DNA from: Nitrospirota bacterium
GTDB taxonomy: Bacteria > Nitrospirota > Thermodesulfovibrionia > Thermodesulfovibrionales > Dissulfurispiraceae
Assembly: GCA_963710375.1 (NCBI GenBank)
Contig: CAVPZX010000006.1
Location: 1-64,000, forward strand
Reading direction: 5' to 3'
DNA length: 64,000 bases
Positions within the stretch are counted from its first letter, which is position 1; each line of letters starts with the position of its first letter. Shown here in pieces: positions 50,220 to 60,305 of the stretch. Position numbers and translations under genes: made by a program. Below the pieces are notes generated by a model. That model saw nothing but the letters and a program-made list of their open reading frames with translations, was not told the origin of the DNA and did not search any database.

Positions 50220-50942
50220 CTAATCAATTTTGAGCTGTTCGAAAGCGATGAATATGCTTATCCTGCGGTTACGGCTGTCAAAAGGATTGTCTTTGATAAG
50301 AGGCCGTGTATCGGCATAGCCCACAATCTTATCGATCTTGAATGCCGGGATATTGTTTTTTTCAAGCTCTATCCTTGCTGACGAGGCACGCATAGTAGAA
50401 AGCTCCCAGTTGGTTATCTGACCGTTACCGTAAGGAGCGGAATCAGTGTGTCCTTCTATGGTGATTTTGTTCGGCAGGTCCCTGATGCCGTCTGCAACCT
50501 CTTTGAATAGTTTAATGGCCGTTACAGTTGGCCTAGCGCTGCCTGACTGAAAGAGACTTTTTTCCTTGCTGTCCATCATCTGAATCCGGACGCCATTATC
50601 CAAAACTTCCACTGCCAGGTTGTCAGACAGCGACACGGTTTTTTCTTCAATCTTTTTTTTGATTGCGTCCTTGCGCTGGTTCATTTCGCGCTCGAACAAG
50701 AACTGCATCTTGAACACTGAGGCCCGGCTCCCGTCAATGGGAGATGCCGTCTTGAAATATTCCGAGAATACGGATTTGCCGGAGTTGCTCACCAATGACA
50801 AAAGCCACATACTAAGGAAAAAGATCATCATTGACGTTATGAAGTCTGCATAGGCTATTTTCCATACGCCGCCCTCATGATGGGCGAATATCCTGCGGGA
50901 CCTCTTGATGATCTTAATTAGTTGCTGGTTTTTTGATTGCAT
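50220..50942 (-). CDS. motB: Flagellar stator protein MotB
   Basis: WKIAYADF, IEGHTD, NWELS..RA, NRRI; start at ATG 50942. Confidence 0.9.
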   Translation of the reverse strand: MQSKNQQLIKIIKRSRRIFAHHEGGVWKIAYADFITSMMIFFLSMWLLSLVSNSGKSVFSEYFKTASPIDGSRASVFKMQFLFEREMNQRKDAIKKKIEEKTVSLSDNLAVEVLDNGVRIQMMDSKEKSLFQSGSARPTVTAIKLFKEVADGIRDLPNKITIEGHTDSAPYGNGQITNWELSTMRASSARIELEKNNIPAFKIDKIVGYADTRPLIKDNPFDSRNRRISIFIAFEQLKID

Positions 50943-51783
50943 CGAAAGCGACTTCCAGTTCTTCAAAGGTTGGCCGCAGTTCCTCGGGGATGACCCTCCT
51001 GCCAAATTCGATGGCCACCTGCGGCAGCATACCCGACACGAATGCCGTAATCGCGATTTTGACCACATTCAGGAACTCCCTTTCGTCATCTGCTATATGT
51101 TCAAGATGACGGGACAGAGGCCCGATGAAGCCGTAGCTCAACAGCACGCCCAATAAAGTGCCTATGAGTGCCACGGCAATGCTGCGGCCAATTACATCCG
51201 GAGTCTCATTCATCTTTCCCATGGTCACGATAACGCCGAGGACTGCAGCAACTATGCCCAATCCCGGCAGCGCGTCGGCTATACTTCCGACGCTCCTCGA
51301 AGGCACAACACCGCATTCATGGTGCATTTCCAGTTCGGTATCCAGAAGCTGTTCCAAATCGAACGGCGAAATATTGCTGGACAGCATTATTTTAAAAGTG
51401 TCGATGATAAACAACATGACGTAGTGTTTCTTCAACATGCCCGGGTATTTATTGAATATCTGGCTTTCGCGAGGTTCAATAAGGTCCTGCTCTATGGCCA
51501 GGAGACCATCTTTTTTTGCAGCATTAAAAAAATCCCCGAGAAGGCTTAAACATTCCAGGTAATCGGCTTTTGTGTGACCGTTGCCGACAATGGTTTTTTT
51601 CACTCCCCCTGCCACCGATATGATGACTCGCTTCGGGGCTGCCGCAATGAAACCGCCTAATGCGGCGCCGAATATTACGATAATTTCAGGAAGCTGCAGG
51701 AGAAGACGTACATTGCCGTCCTCGAGTCTGTACCCACTGACCACAGCAAACGAAACAATTAATAATCCCAGAATTGGTATCAT
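50914..51783 (-). CDS. motA: Flagellar stator protein MotA
   Basis: GLLAIE, DALPGLGIVAAVLG, ALIGTLLG, AIEFGR. Confidence 0.9.
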   Translation of the reverse strand: MIPILGLLIVSFAVVSGYRLEDGNVRLLLQLPEIIVIFGAALGGFIAAAPKRVIISVAGGVKKTIVGNGHTKADYLECLSLLGDFFNAAKKDGLLAIEQDLIEPRESQIFNKYPGMLKKHYVMLFIIDTFKIMLSSNISPFDLEQLLDTELEMHHECGVVPSRSVGSIADALPGLGIVAAVLGVIVTMGKMNETPDVIGRSIAVALIGTLLGVLLSYGFIGPLSRHLEHIADDEREFLNVVKIAITAFVSGMLPQVAIEFGRRVIPEELRPTFEELEVAFDAIKKPATN

Positions 51784-51821
51784 AGTTTTTTTACCGCCCA
51801 CAGTTATGGCACAGTTAACAA

Positions 51822-51837
51822 TGCAAAGGATATGCCA
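51822..51837 (-). promoter_or_regulatory. sigma54 promoter of motAB
   Basis: Minus strand TGGCATATCCTTTGCA. Confidence 0.75.
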
Positions 51838-52088
51838 GGCTAGACAAGCTACTATCCATTTGATTTATTGGTATTTCGGCGGCATGTTATACAGTATGAA
51901 AATGGATTAATTCCATTGTCTATGGAGAAATTCCATAATAATTTGTATTTATGATAATCTATCTTGCATATCTTACGGCCCTATTAAACGGATAATAAGC
52001 GTGTTCGCTGAGCGGTCGAGCACGAAGCTCAGCGATAGAATAGAATGAAAGATACTCCTTATATAAAGATTCCCTGCGGTCTTGCCGC

Positions 52089-52763
52089 ATGGAACCTTCC
52101 AGTATATCTACGCGAGGCGGCTTCGATAGTGAAGGGGGCTGCCGCCGGTCAAAGGAAACTGCCACGCTGATAAGAGTCTCTCCTGTTAATATTGAATCAG
52201 CACTGGCCGATGCAGTGTGTATACTCCGGCAGGGGGGGATAATCGCCTATCCTACCGAAACCTTTTACGGACTCGGAGCAAAGTATGATGTCGAGCCGGC
52301 CTTGCAGAGACTATACGATATAAAGCGACGGCCTATGGACATGGCGATGCCGCTGATCATCGGGGACATGAAGCAGTTGTTAATGCTGACGGAAAGAATC
52401 ACCGATAAGGCAGCTGCACTCATCGGAAAATTCTGGCCTGGTCCGCTCACGCTGTTGTTTGAGGCGCGCAGAGGTCTGTCTGATCTTATCGTCGTAGACA
52501 ATAAAGTGGCGGTGAGAATGCCCGGCGAATCGTTTGCACTCAGCCTTGCAATGGCCTCGGGCTTTCCGGTCGCGGCCACCAGCGCCAATATTTCAGGCAT
52601 GCCACCCGGAAAAAACATATCGATGGTGATGAATTACTTTAATGATGCTATTGACTTGATCATAGATGGCGGCGAGTTAGAGAGTATTCTGCCGTCAACC
52701 ATTGTTGATGCCACGGGCCCGGAACTACTGGTACTGCGAAAGGGATTAGTCAACATCGGGTAG
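52089..52763 (+). CDS. tsaC: L-threonylcarbamoyladenylate synthase (YrdC/Sua5); start uncertain
   Basis: PTETFYGL, WPGPLT, ATSANISG, STIVD. Confidence 0.9.
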   Translation: MEPSSISTRGGFDSEGGCRRSKETATLIRVSPVNIESALADAVCILRQGGIIAYPTETFYGLGAKYDVEPALQRLYDIKRRPMDMAMPLIIGDMKQLLMLTERITDKAAALIGKFWPGPLTLLFEARRGLSDLIVVDNKVAVRMPGESFALSLAMASGFPVAATSANISGMPPGKNISMVMNYFNDAIDLIIDGGELESILPSTIVDATGPELLVLRKGLVNIG

Positions 52764-52897
52764 TGGCAGGTCAAGGTATAGGTTAAGGTTAAGAAGAAAA
52801 AAATCACTGTTTATTTTTTCTCCCAGCGTTTACCTGCCGTTATCCTGTTACCCCGCCATTCACTGTTCAGAACAGAACATTTAAATCAATGAACGAT

Positions 52898-52987
52898 TGT
52901 TCTACAAAAGTGAATGTTCTACAAAAAACAACTATCGTTTTAAAATGTAATTTTTTTGTTGACAAAAAATAACTGATCGTTTATATT
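52898..52987 (+). promoter_or_regulatory. sigma70 promoter with upstream 12-bp direct repeat
   Basis: TTGACA (52959)-N17-TATATT; TGTTCTACAAAA at 52898 and 52915. Confidence 0.6.
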
Positions 52988-53009
52988 TATAGCAACGTGG
53001 GGGTTAATA

Positions 53010-53555
53010 ATGCTTAAGAGTTTATTTTCATCATCGATTCGGGCTGACGTGCTGTCTCTATTATTGAATAGCCCTGATGAGAAATTTTACGTGCGTGAAA
53101 TTGCAAAACTGTTGAGGAAGAACCCGTCTGGAGTGAAAAGAGAGTTGGACAAACTGGAAGAAATGGGAATCGTCTTCAGCGAGAAAGTTGCGAACCTGAA
53201 ATATTTCCAGGCCAATGACAACTCCCCCCTTTACTCCGAGCTGAAAAATCTTATCGCAAAATCTCTTGGACTCCCCGGAGCACTGAAAAGCCTTTTGAGG
53301 GCCAACAATGTGACTATCGCTTTTATTTATGGAGCATACGCCGAGGGAGAAGATGCCCCGACAGTGGATTTAATTGTTATTGGTCCTTCCACACCTTCAC
53401 TCTGGTTTGGATTAAAGGACATTGAGAAGAAGTTCGGCAAACAAATTAACTGCTCTGTTATCGAGGAATCTGATTACAAGGTACGGAAGAAGAAAGATAT
53501 CAGCTTAAAGCGTATTCTATCGGAGAAGAGAATTACTCTGTTAGGAAGGGCGTAA
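53010..53555 (+). CDS. Winged-HTH regulator fused to a degenerate MNT-like nucleotidyltransferase domain
   Basis: YVREIAKLL...VKRELDKLEEMGIV; AFIYGAYAEG...VDLIVIG. Confidence 0.7.
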   Translation: MLKSLFSSSIRADVLSLLLNSPDEKFYVREIAKLLRKNPSGVKRELDKLEEMGIVFSEKVANLKYFQANDNSPLYSELKNLIAKSLGLPGALKSLLRANNVTIAFIYGAYAEGEDAPTVDLIVIGPSTPSLWFGLKDIEKKFGKQINCSVIEESDYKVRKKKDISLKRILSEKRITLLGRA

Positions 53556-53620
53556 AAACAAAGGAGACCCGGTAAGATGCTTTGCGACAGGCTTACCGGG
53601 ACTGAAAGGGGGTGAAAAAA

Positions 53621-53698
53621 ATGGCCGCAACAAAAAAGGCTCCTGCAAAAAAAGCAGCTGCAAAGACAACAGCGAAGAAGACTGCAAAAAAGAAATAA
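53621..53698 (+). CDS. 25-aa Lys/Ala-rich histone-H1-like micropeptide, not in the ORF track
   Basis: MAATKKAPAKKAAAKTTAKKTAKKK; GGGGGTG SD. Confidence 0.6.
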   Translation: MAATKKAPAKKAAAKTTAKKTAKKK

Positions 53699-53729
53699 CA
53701 ATAGTTTTGTCGGGATGTAGAAAAAATTG

Positions 53730-53794
53730 GGGAATACCCAGATGATTTTCTTTCTTGGTAGAGTGACGGAAAATCGGGTATTCCCTCTTTTTTT
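53730..53794 (+). terminator. Hairpin with T-tract
   Basis: GGGAATACCC...GGGTATTCCC followed by a T run. Confidence 0.5.
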
Positions 53795-54677
53795 ATCTGT
53801 AGTTTAAAACTTGTTGGCTTGAATGGTCAACTTCAGAAATGAAACGGAAGCAATCCGGCGAGGCCATAAGCTTCTTCAGGAATCTCAGATTGGCGGTATG
53901 TCCAGCCTTTTCCAGCAGCAGATGTCCTTGGATGGGGAACCCTATAAGTGAAATATCTCCAATAGTATCAAGTATTTTATGCCGCACAAACTCATCGGAA
54001 AACCTGAGCCCCGAAGAATTCAGGATTCCTTCATCTCCCACCAGGACGGCATTGTCGAGTGAGCCGCCTTTTGCAAGCCCATTTGCCCTCAGCGCCTCTA
54101 CATCTCTCAAAAAACCGAACGTCCTCGCCGGGGCAATCTCTTTAACGAAGGTTTCTTCAGTAAGGTCGACTGTCAGTTCCTGATGACCCACAACATGGTG
54201 ATTGAAGCTTATGGAGTATGATATGCGGGTGCCGTCAAATGGAAGAGCCATTACATGAGCGTGAGAATCCTCATATACGACCGGCTTGGTGATCTTTATA
54301 TAAGATATTTTCTTACCCTGTTTCGCTATGCCGGCTTCAAGTATAAGCCCGGTAAGCTCTGTTGAACTACCATCGAGAATGGGAATTTCAGGGCCGTCTA
54401 CCTCGATCAGAAGATTATCAATTCCAAGCCCTGTGGCTGCCGCCAGAAGGTGTTCAACTGTTTTTATTCTTGTACCGTCATAGCCTATTGTTGTCGCAAA
54501 AGAGGTGTCGATTACAGAGGCCATATTGGCCCTTATTATTGTCCCCTTGTCCGTCCTGTAAAAGACGATGCCTGTATCCCGTGAAGCAGGCTTTAGCCGT
54601 ACTGTCGTATATCTGCCTGTATGAAGGCCGATACCGTGAAAAGTGGTCTCGTTCTTTATTGTCCTTTGTAATCTCAT
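53793..54677 (-). CDS. lpxC: UDP-3-O-acyl-GlcNAc deacetylase
   Basis: GIGLHTG, TVEHLL, EIPILDGS, ARTFGF, RHKILD. Confidence 0.95.
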   Translation of the reverse strand: MRLQRTIKNETTFHGIGLHTGRYTTVRLKPASRDTGIVFYRTDKGTIIRANMASVIDTSFATTIGYDGTRIKTVEHLLAAATGLGIDNLLIEVDGPEIPILDGSSTELTGLILEAGIAKQGKKISYIKITKPVVYEDSHAHVMALPFDGTRISYSISFNHHVVGHQELTVDLTEETFVKEIAPARTFGFLRDVEALRANGLAKGGSLDNAVLVGDEGILNSSGLRFSDEFVRHKILDTIGDISLIGFPIQGHLLLEKAGHTANLRFLKKLMASPDCFRFISEVDHSSQQVLNYR

Positions 54678-54692
54678 CAGAATTTATAAATT

Positions 54693-54708
54693 AGCAAGGA
54701 ATGTGCCA
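54693..54708 (-). promoter_or_regulatory. sigma54 promoter of lpxC
   Basis: Minus strand TGGCACATTCCTTGCT. Confidence 0.8.
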
Positions 54709-54790
54709 CAAAATAAAGTAGTATAAAACAACGGTACGTTTCAGAAAAGTGTTGATAAATTGCGATTATGTGTGGTATTTGCCACAACTC

Positions 54791-56176
54791 TCAACCGACT
54801 TCTCCTCCCACTACCATTTCAGGTATCCTCAATGTCGGCATTGCATCTGATACCGGGACACCCTGGGAGTCTTTGCCGCAGGTGCCGATAGAAAAACCCA
54901 GGTCCGAGGCAACCATATCTATTGACAGTAGTACCGAGGGTCCATTTCCGGTCAGGGTGGCCCCCTTTACAGGATCAGCCGCACTACCGTTTTCGATTAT
55001 ATAACCCTCCTGAACTTCGAATACAAAATCTCCTGTTACAGTATTAACCTGACCACCGCCCATTTTTTTTACAAACAATCCGCTTGAGACCGACCTGAGC
55101 ACTTCGTCCGGCGAAAGTCTTCCCGGAGCGATCAGGGTATTTGTCATGCGTGGTATCGGCTTATTCTCATAAGATTCTCTCCTTCCGTTACCCGTCGAAT
55201 TGGTTTTGTCGATAAAGGCATTATATTTGTCATACATGTAACTATTAAGAATGCCATTACTTACCAGTACATTCTTTCTCGCAGCTGTGCCCTCATCATC
55301 CACGGAAAATGAGCCTCGCTTATTCGGGATCGTAGCATCGTCGATCACAGTGACCAGCGGAGAGGCGACGCGTGAACCGAGCTTTTTTGAGTAGACGGAT
55401 AACCCCTGCCGTGCAAGATCAGCCTCCAGGCCATGTCCGATTGCCTCATGGATCATGGTTCCTCCTGCAGACGATGATATAATGACAGGCATTCTGCCAC
55501 CTGGCGCCTTGCGTGCGCCGAGCAACATTACCGCCCGTCGGGCAGCTGTTTCAGCGAGTGTGGCCATGGGATAGGTTTCGAATAGTTCGTATCCGGCAAG
55601 CCCCCCTGCAGATTCATGTCCTGTTTGTATGGAAGCGCCATCAGCTGCAATTATATAAGCTGCGCCAGTGGTATATATACGTTCATCCTCCGTCGTTATT
55701 CCACCTGATGTGGCGATCTTCACTTTTTGCAGCGAGTCCCTGTACATGATGCTTGCCTGTCTTATCCTAGCGTCGAGAGACCGCGCGGCCTTGTTACCCT
55801 CCTGGACCAGCGCAATCTTTTTGTCGAGAGTCACTGAAGCTGGAGGTATTCTAATTGGAGAAATTGTTTCGGGCCGTTGTTGTTTCATATCTAAGATGAC
55901 ATCCAGGACCGTATCGGCTGCAGCCTTGCTGACCGTAGCAGCAAGGTCTAACAGGATGTTTTTCGAAAAATCATTGCTGAAGGCGTATGCTGTTTTTCCT
56001 TTGTAAATAAGACGGATGCCTATGCCAGAGATAGAGCCGGTAACTACTTTTTCAATCCTGTTGTCCTCAAGCTGTATCGACGTTGTCTCTTTATGCTCAA
56101 CAAAAATGTCTGCATATTCACCGCCATGTGAAAGGGCCTTTTTTAATAGCTCCTGCAAGAAGCTGTCGTCAATCAT
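54791..56176 (-). CDS. tldD: TldD family metalloprotease
   Basis: HEAIGHGLEAD, PRMTNT, GTCGKDSQGVPV. Confidence 0.9.
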   Translation of the reverse strand: MIDDSFLQELLKKALSHGGEYADIFVEHKETTSIQLEDNRIEKVVTGSISGIGIRLIYKGKTAYAFSNDFSKNILLDLAATVSKAAADTVLDVILDMKQQRPETISPIRIPPASVTLDKKIALVQEGNKAARSLDARIRQASIMYRDSLQKVKIATSGGITTEDERIYTTGAAYIIAADGASIQTGHESAGGLAGYELFETYPMATLAETAARRAVMLLGARKAPGGRMPVIISSSAGGTMIHEAIGHGLEADLARQGLSVYSKKLGSRVASPLVTVIDDATIPNKRGSFSVDDEGTAARKNVLVSNGILNSYMYDKYNAFIDKTNSTGNGRRESYENKPIPRMTNTLIAPGRLSPDEVLRSVSSGLFVKKMGGGQVNTVTGDFVFEVQEGYIIENGSAADPVKGATLTGNGPSVLLSIDMVASDLGFSIGTCGKDSQGVPVSDAMPTLRIPEMVVGGEVG

Positions 56177-56196
56177 GCAATAAACCTCCAAATAAT

Positions 56197-56290
56197 AAAA
56201 CAGGCAATAGGTTATAGGCTATAGGCTATAGGTAAAAAAAATCAACACCCTTATCCTATAGTCTATTGCCTATAGCCCATCGCCTGTTTT
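56197..56290. repeat. Heptamer (CTATAGG) palindromic repeat
   Basis: (G(C/T)TATAG)n facing (CCTATAG/CCCATCG)n, closed by AAAACAGGC/GCCTGTTTT. Confidence 0.8.
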
Positions 56291-56374
56291 GTTATTAAGT
56301 TGCACTTTCCTCGGTTTTTTAGTATCGTATTAAAGTAATATAATATTTTTCTGTTCTCACTGTGCATCATATAT

Positions 56375-56459
56375 GCCGGAGTGGCGGAATTGGCAGACGC
56401 AAGGGACTTAAAATCCCTCGAAACCTAGTTTCGTACGAGTTCAAGTCTCGTCTCCGGCA
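56375..56459 (+). tRNA. tRNA-Leu(TAA), CCA not encoded
   Basis: GCCGGAG acceptor stem, AGGGA-CTTAAAA-TCCCT anticodon arm, long variable arm. Confidence 0.95.
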
Positions 56460-56491
56460 CTAAGTCGCAGCACGAAAGGGAGATAGCTGCA

Positions 56492-57358
56492 ATGAAGCGA
56501 AGTATAACAAAGGCTATATTGCCCGCCGCAGGGCTTGGTACACGTTTTTTGCCGGCTACCAAGGCATCACCCAAAGAAATGATGCCTATTATTGACAAAC
56601 CTCTGATTCAGTATGCAGTTGAAGAGGCCATGTCCTGCGGTATAGAGGAGTTCGTTGTTATAACAGGTAAGTATAAACGTGCCATAGAGGACCATTTCGA
56701 TTCCGCTTATGAGTTGGAAGAGAAACTCAGGAACTCGGGCAAAAAGAAACTGCTCGAAGAGATCAACAAGCTCAGCCATATCAACTTTGCTTATATCCGG
56801 CAGCGCGTTGCGCTTGGCCTGGGACATGCGATTCTATGTGCCAAACCTTTTGTCAAGGATGAGCCTTTTGTTGTTATACTGAGTGATGATGTTGTAGATC
56901 CGGATTATCCTTTGCTTCAGGAAATGATTCGGGTATATGATGAATTAAAATGCCCGGTGGTCGCTCTTCAGGAGGTCCCCCAATCGGAGGTGTCCAGGTA
57001 CGGTATTATTGACGGAACGGTCGATGGAGGGGTTTATAAGATAAGGAACCTTGTAGAGAAGCCTAAACCCCAGGAAGCCCCGTCAAATTTGGCTATAATT
57101 GGAAGGTATATCCTTACCCCGGATATTTTTGATATTCTTGAAAAACAGAAACCAGGCGCCGGTGGAGAGATACAGCTTACCGATGCGCTGAGGGAACTGC
57201 TGAACAGACGCGTTATTTATGGGTATTTGATAAAAGGCGATAGGTATGATGCAGGCGATAAAATGGGATATTTGAAAGCAATCGTTGATTTTGCACTTAA
57301 AAACAAGGAATTATCTGAGGGTTTCAGGCGGTACCTGATCCAGAAGTTGAAGCTGTAG
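56492..57358 (+). CDS. galU: UTP-glucose-1-phosphate uridylyltransferase
   Basis: AAGLGTRFLPATKASPKEM, VEKP, GEIQLTDA. Confidence 0.95.
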   Translation: MKRSITKAILPAAGLGTRFLPATKASPKEMMPIIDKPLIQYAVEEAMSCGIEEFVVITGKYKRAIEDHFDSAYELEEKLRNSGKKKLLEEINKLSHINFAYIRQRVALGLGHAILCAKPFVKDEPFVVILSDDVVDPDYPLLQEMIRVYDELKCPVVALQEVPQSEVSRYGIIDGTVDGGVYKIRNLVEKPKPQEAPSNLAIIGRYILTPDIFDILEKQKPGAGGEIQLTDALRELLNRRVIYGYLIKGDRYDAGDKMGYLKAIVDFALKNKELSEGFRRYLIQKLKL

Positions 57359-57359
57359 T

Positions 57360-57737
57360 ATGAGAAATATACAAAAAGGGCTTTGTCTTTATCACGTTGA
57401 ATCGTCTGTATGGCCGCTGGTGGACATTTATGAAACAGGAGATGAGCTTATTTTTGAGATTGATTTGCCCGGCATGGAACCGGATGATGTATCCATAAGG
57501 GTATACGGAGATATGCTTATAATTGAAGGGATAAGAAGCGATGCCGGCGGTGAGCCCGATTTGCGCTACATATGCATGGAACGCGGCATCAGAGGGTTCA
57601 GACGAGTCATTAAGTTTCCTGTCCCGGTGAATGCTTCTTCTTCAGAGGCATTCTACTCCCGCGGCGTCATAAGCATACGGTTTCCGAAGCGGGAGCGCAA
57701 GGCTGTAAAAATTACAATTAAAAGAACCGCTGATTAA
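57360..57737 (+). CDS. Hsp20/alpha-crystallin family protein
   Basis: PLVDIYET, DLPGM, MER..FRR, GVISIRFPK; directly upstream of lon. Confidence 0.85.
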   Translation: MRNIQKGLCLYHVESSVWPLVDIYETGDELIFEIDLPGMEPDDVSIRVYGDMLIIEGIRSDAGGEPDLRYICMERGIRGFRRVIKFPVPVNASSSEAFYSRGVISIRFPKRERKAVKITIKRTAD

Positions 57738-57819
57738 AAAACATGTAATGCGTGAATGAGTTGTTACTCGTGTGCGCAGATACATATGCACAAAGAACTT
57801 TGGGGGGTGTTTATAAAGC

Positions 57820-60305
57820 ATGGAGGAAGCGAAGATGGCTGAAGCTAACGATAAAGAAGAGACAAAAGAAGTTGAAATCCCCGATACAGTGCCGGTGCTG
57901 CCCGTAAGGGACATAGTAATTTTCCCTTATATGATTCTACCTCTGTTTGTGGGGAGGGACATCTCTATAAAGGCGATTGACCACGCTCTGAACACCAACA
58001 GGATGGTGCTCCTGCTGGCCCAAAAGGATTTAAATGTGGAAACGCCAACGACTGATGATCTGTATTTGATGGGAACGGTCTGTATGATCATGAGGATGCT
58101 CAAACTCCCTGACGGGCGGGTCAAAATCCTTGTCCAGGGACTAAGCAAGGCGAGGGTGAGCCGGTTTACACAGCATGAGCCCTTTTTTATGGCCGATATT
58201 GCAAAGGTCACCGAGGAAAAACCTGCTGAAACATCCATCGAGAACGAGGCATTGATCCGGAACGTCAAGGAGCAGATGGACAAGGTGGTGAACCTGGGGA
58301 AAACGGTTTTGCCGGACGTAATGGTCGTTATAGAGAATATAGAAGACCCTGGAAGGCTTGCGGATCTTATTACTGCAAACCTGGGGCTGAAGACGGACCA
58401 GGCGCAGGAAATTCTGGAAATGGCAGACCCTGTTATGCGTTTGACGAGGGTAAGTGAAATACTCGGCAGGGAAGTGCAGCTTCTTACCATTCAACAAAAA
58501 ATCCAGACTGAAGCCCGGGGTGAAATAGACAAGACTCAGAGAGAGTACTTCCTTAGAGAGCAGTTGAAAGCTATACAGCGGGAACTTGGCGATATCGATG
58601 AGCGCGCGGAAGAGGTAAGAGAATTCAAGAAAAAAATAGATGATTCAAAGATGCCTGAAAAAGTTATGAAGGAGGCGGAGAAACAGACTCAGGCGCATCG
58701 AAAAGATGCATCCCGACAGTGCGGAAGCAGGCACTATAAGGACATACCTTGAATGGCTTACCGAAATCCCATGGTCAAAGAGCACGAAAGACCAATTGGA
58801 TATAGGGAAAGCGGAAAAAGTGCTTAATGATGACCATTATGATCTTGAGAAGGTAAAAGAAAGGATCCTCGAATATCTTAGCGTACGGAAATTGAAAGAG
58901 AAAATGAAAGGGCCGATACTATGCTTTATAGGCCCCCCTGGTGTCGGCAAGACCTCGCTCGGCCGTTCGATAGCCCGTGCGCTGGGAAGGGAGTTTATAA
59001 GGGTTTCTCTTGGCGGGGTGCGTGACGAAGCGGAGATAAGAGGCCACAGGAGAACATATGTCGGCGCACTCCCGGGGCGAATAATTCAGGGTATCAAACA
59101 GGCTGGAACAAATAATCCGGTATTCATGCTTGATGAGATTGATAAAATAGGCACGGATTTCAGGGGCGATCCCTCCTCCGCGCTTCTTGAGGTGCTTGAC
59201 CCGGAGCAGAATAATTCTTTTGCAGACCATTATCTGGCTGTGCCTTTTGATCTGTCCAACGTTATGTTTATTACCACCGGAAACCTCACCGACACGATTC
59301 CGGGGCCGCTCAGAGACAGAATGGAAATATTGTATCTGTCAGGATACACTGAGGAGGAGAAGCTCCAGATAGCGAAAAAGTACCTGGTACCTAAACAGCT
59401 TGACGAACATGGGATAACCACAAAGATACTTCAGATAGGCGACTCCGCTATAAAGCAAATAATATCTCACTACACGCGGGAAGCGGGGGTCAGGAATCTT
59501 GAGCGTGAGATAGCCCATCTCTGCCGTAAGGTGGCCAAGCAGGTTGCCGAGGGCAAAGCGGAGAGCTTCTCTCTGGTTGCTAAGAACGTCCATAAGTACC
59601 TTGGAGTTCAGAAGTTTCTGCCTGAAGAGGAGATGAAGGTGAATGAAGTCGGAGTCGCAACAGGTCTTGCCTGGACAGAGGCCGGCGGAGATGTTATATA
59701 CGTCGAAGCGACGATGATGAAGGGAAAGGGAAACCTTACGCTCACCGGCCAGTTGGGGGATGTCATGAAGGAGTCGGCCCAGGCAGCCCTAAGCTACATC
59801 AAGTCACGGGCCTCCGGCCTCGGACTGAGTGATGATTTATTCTCCAATATAGACATGCATATTCATGTCCCTGCCGGCGCTATCCCCAAGGACGGGCCGT
59901 CAGACTGGAATTACGATGGCCACTTCAATTGCATCTGCATTGACAGGAAGACCCGTAAGAAAGGATGTTGCAATGACCGGCGAAGTTACGTTGAGGGGCA
60001 GGGTGCTTCCAATCGGAGGACTCAAGGAAAAGACCCTTGCAGCCAAAAGGATGGGGATAAAGACCGTGTTAGTTCCTCACAGAAACAAGAAAGACCTCGA
60101 TGACCTTCCTAAATATGTTAAAGACGGGATGACATTTGTGCTCGTTGAAACTATGGACGATGTATTGAAACATGCCCTCAAACCTGCCGGTAAGGCAATA
60201 AAAAAGGTGAAGACGCTTCACAGCACAGAGCGTTCAAAGGTCAAACATGCAACTGCGCCTGATAGGAGAGTTAAGACTTCTCGAAGAAATAAGAAGAAGG
60301 TTTAA
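57820..60305 (+). CDS. lon: Lon protease; two apparent frameshifts (58687, 59904)
   Basis: LON N domain, [24 protein letters not shown] restored by removing one A. Confidence 0.92.

Noticed and set aside
51965..52150. Mobile element or ncRNA upstream of tsaC
   Set aside because: Only a short hairpin (GCTGAGC/GCTCAGC); no TIRs or second copy in the window.
57820..60305. lon, amidotransferase, kinase and vWA genes as pseudogenes or programmed frameshifts
   Set aside because: Shared CAGCT insertion context, no slippery sequences and no other decay; an artefact is more likely.
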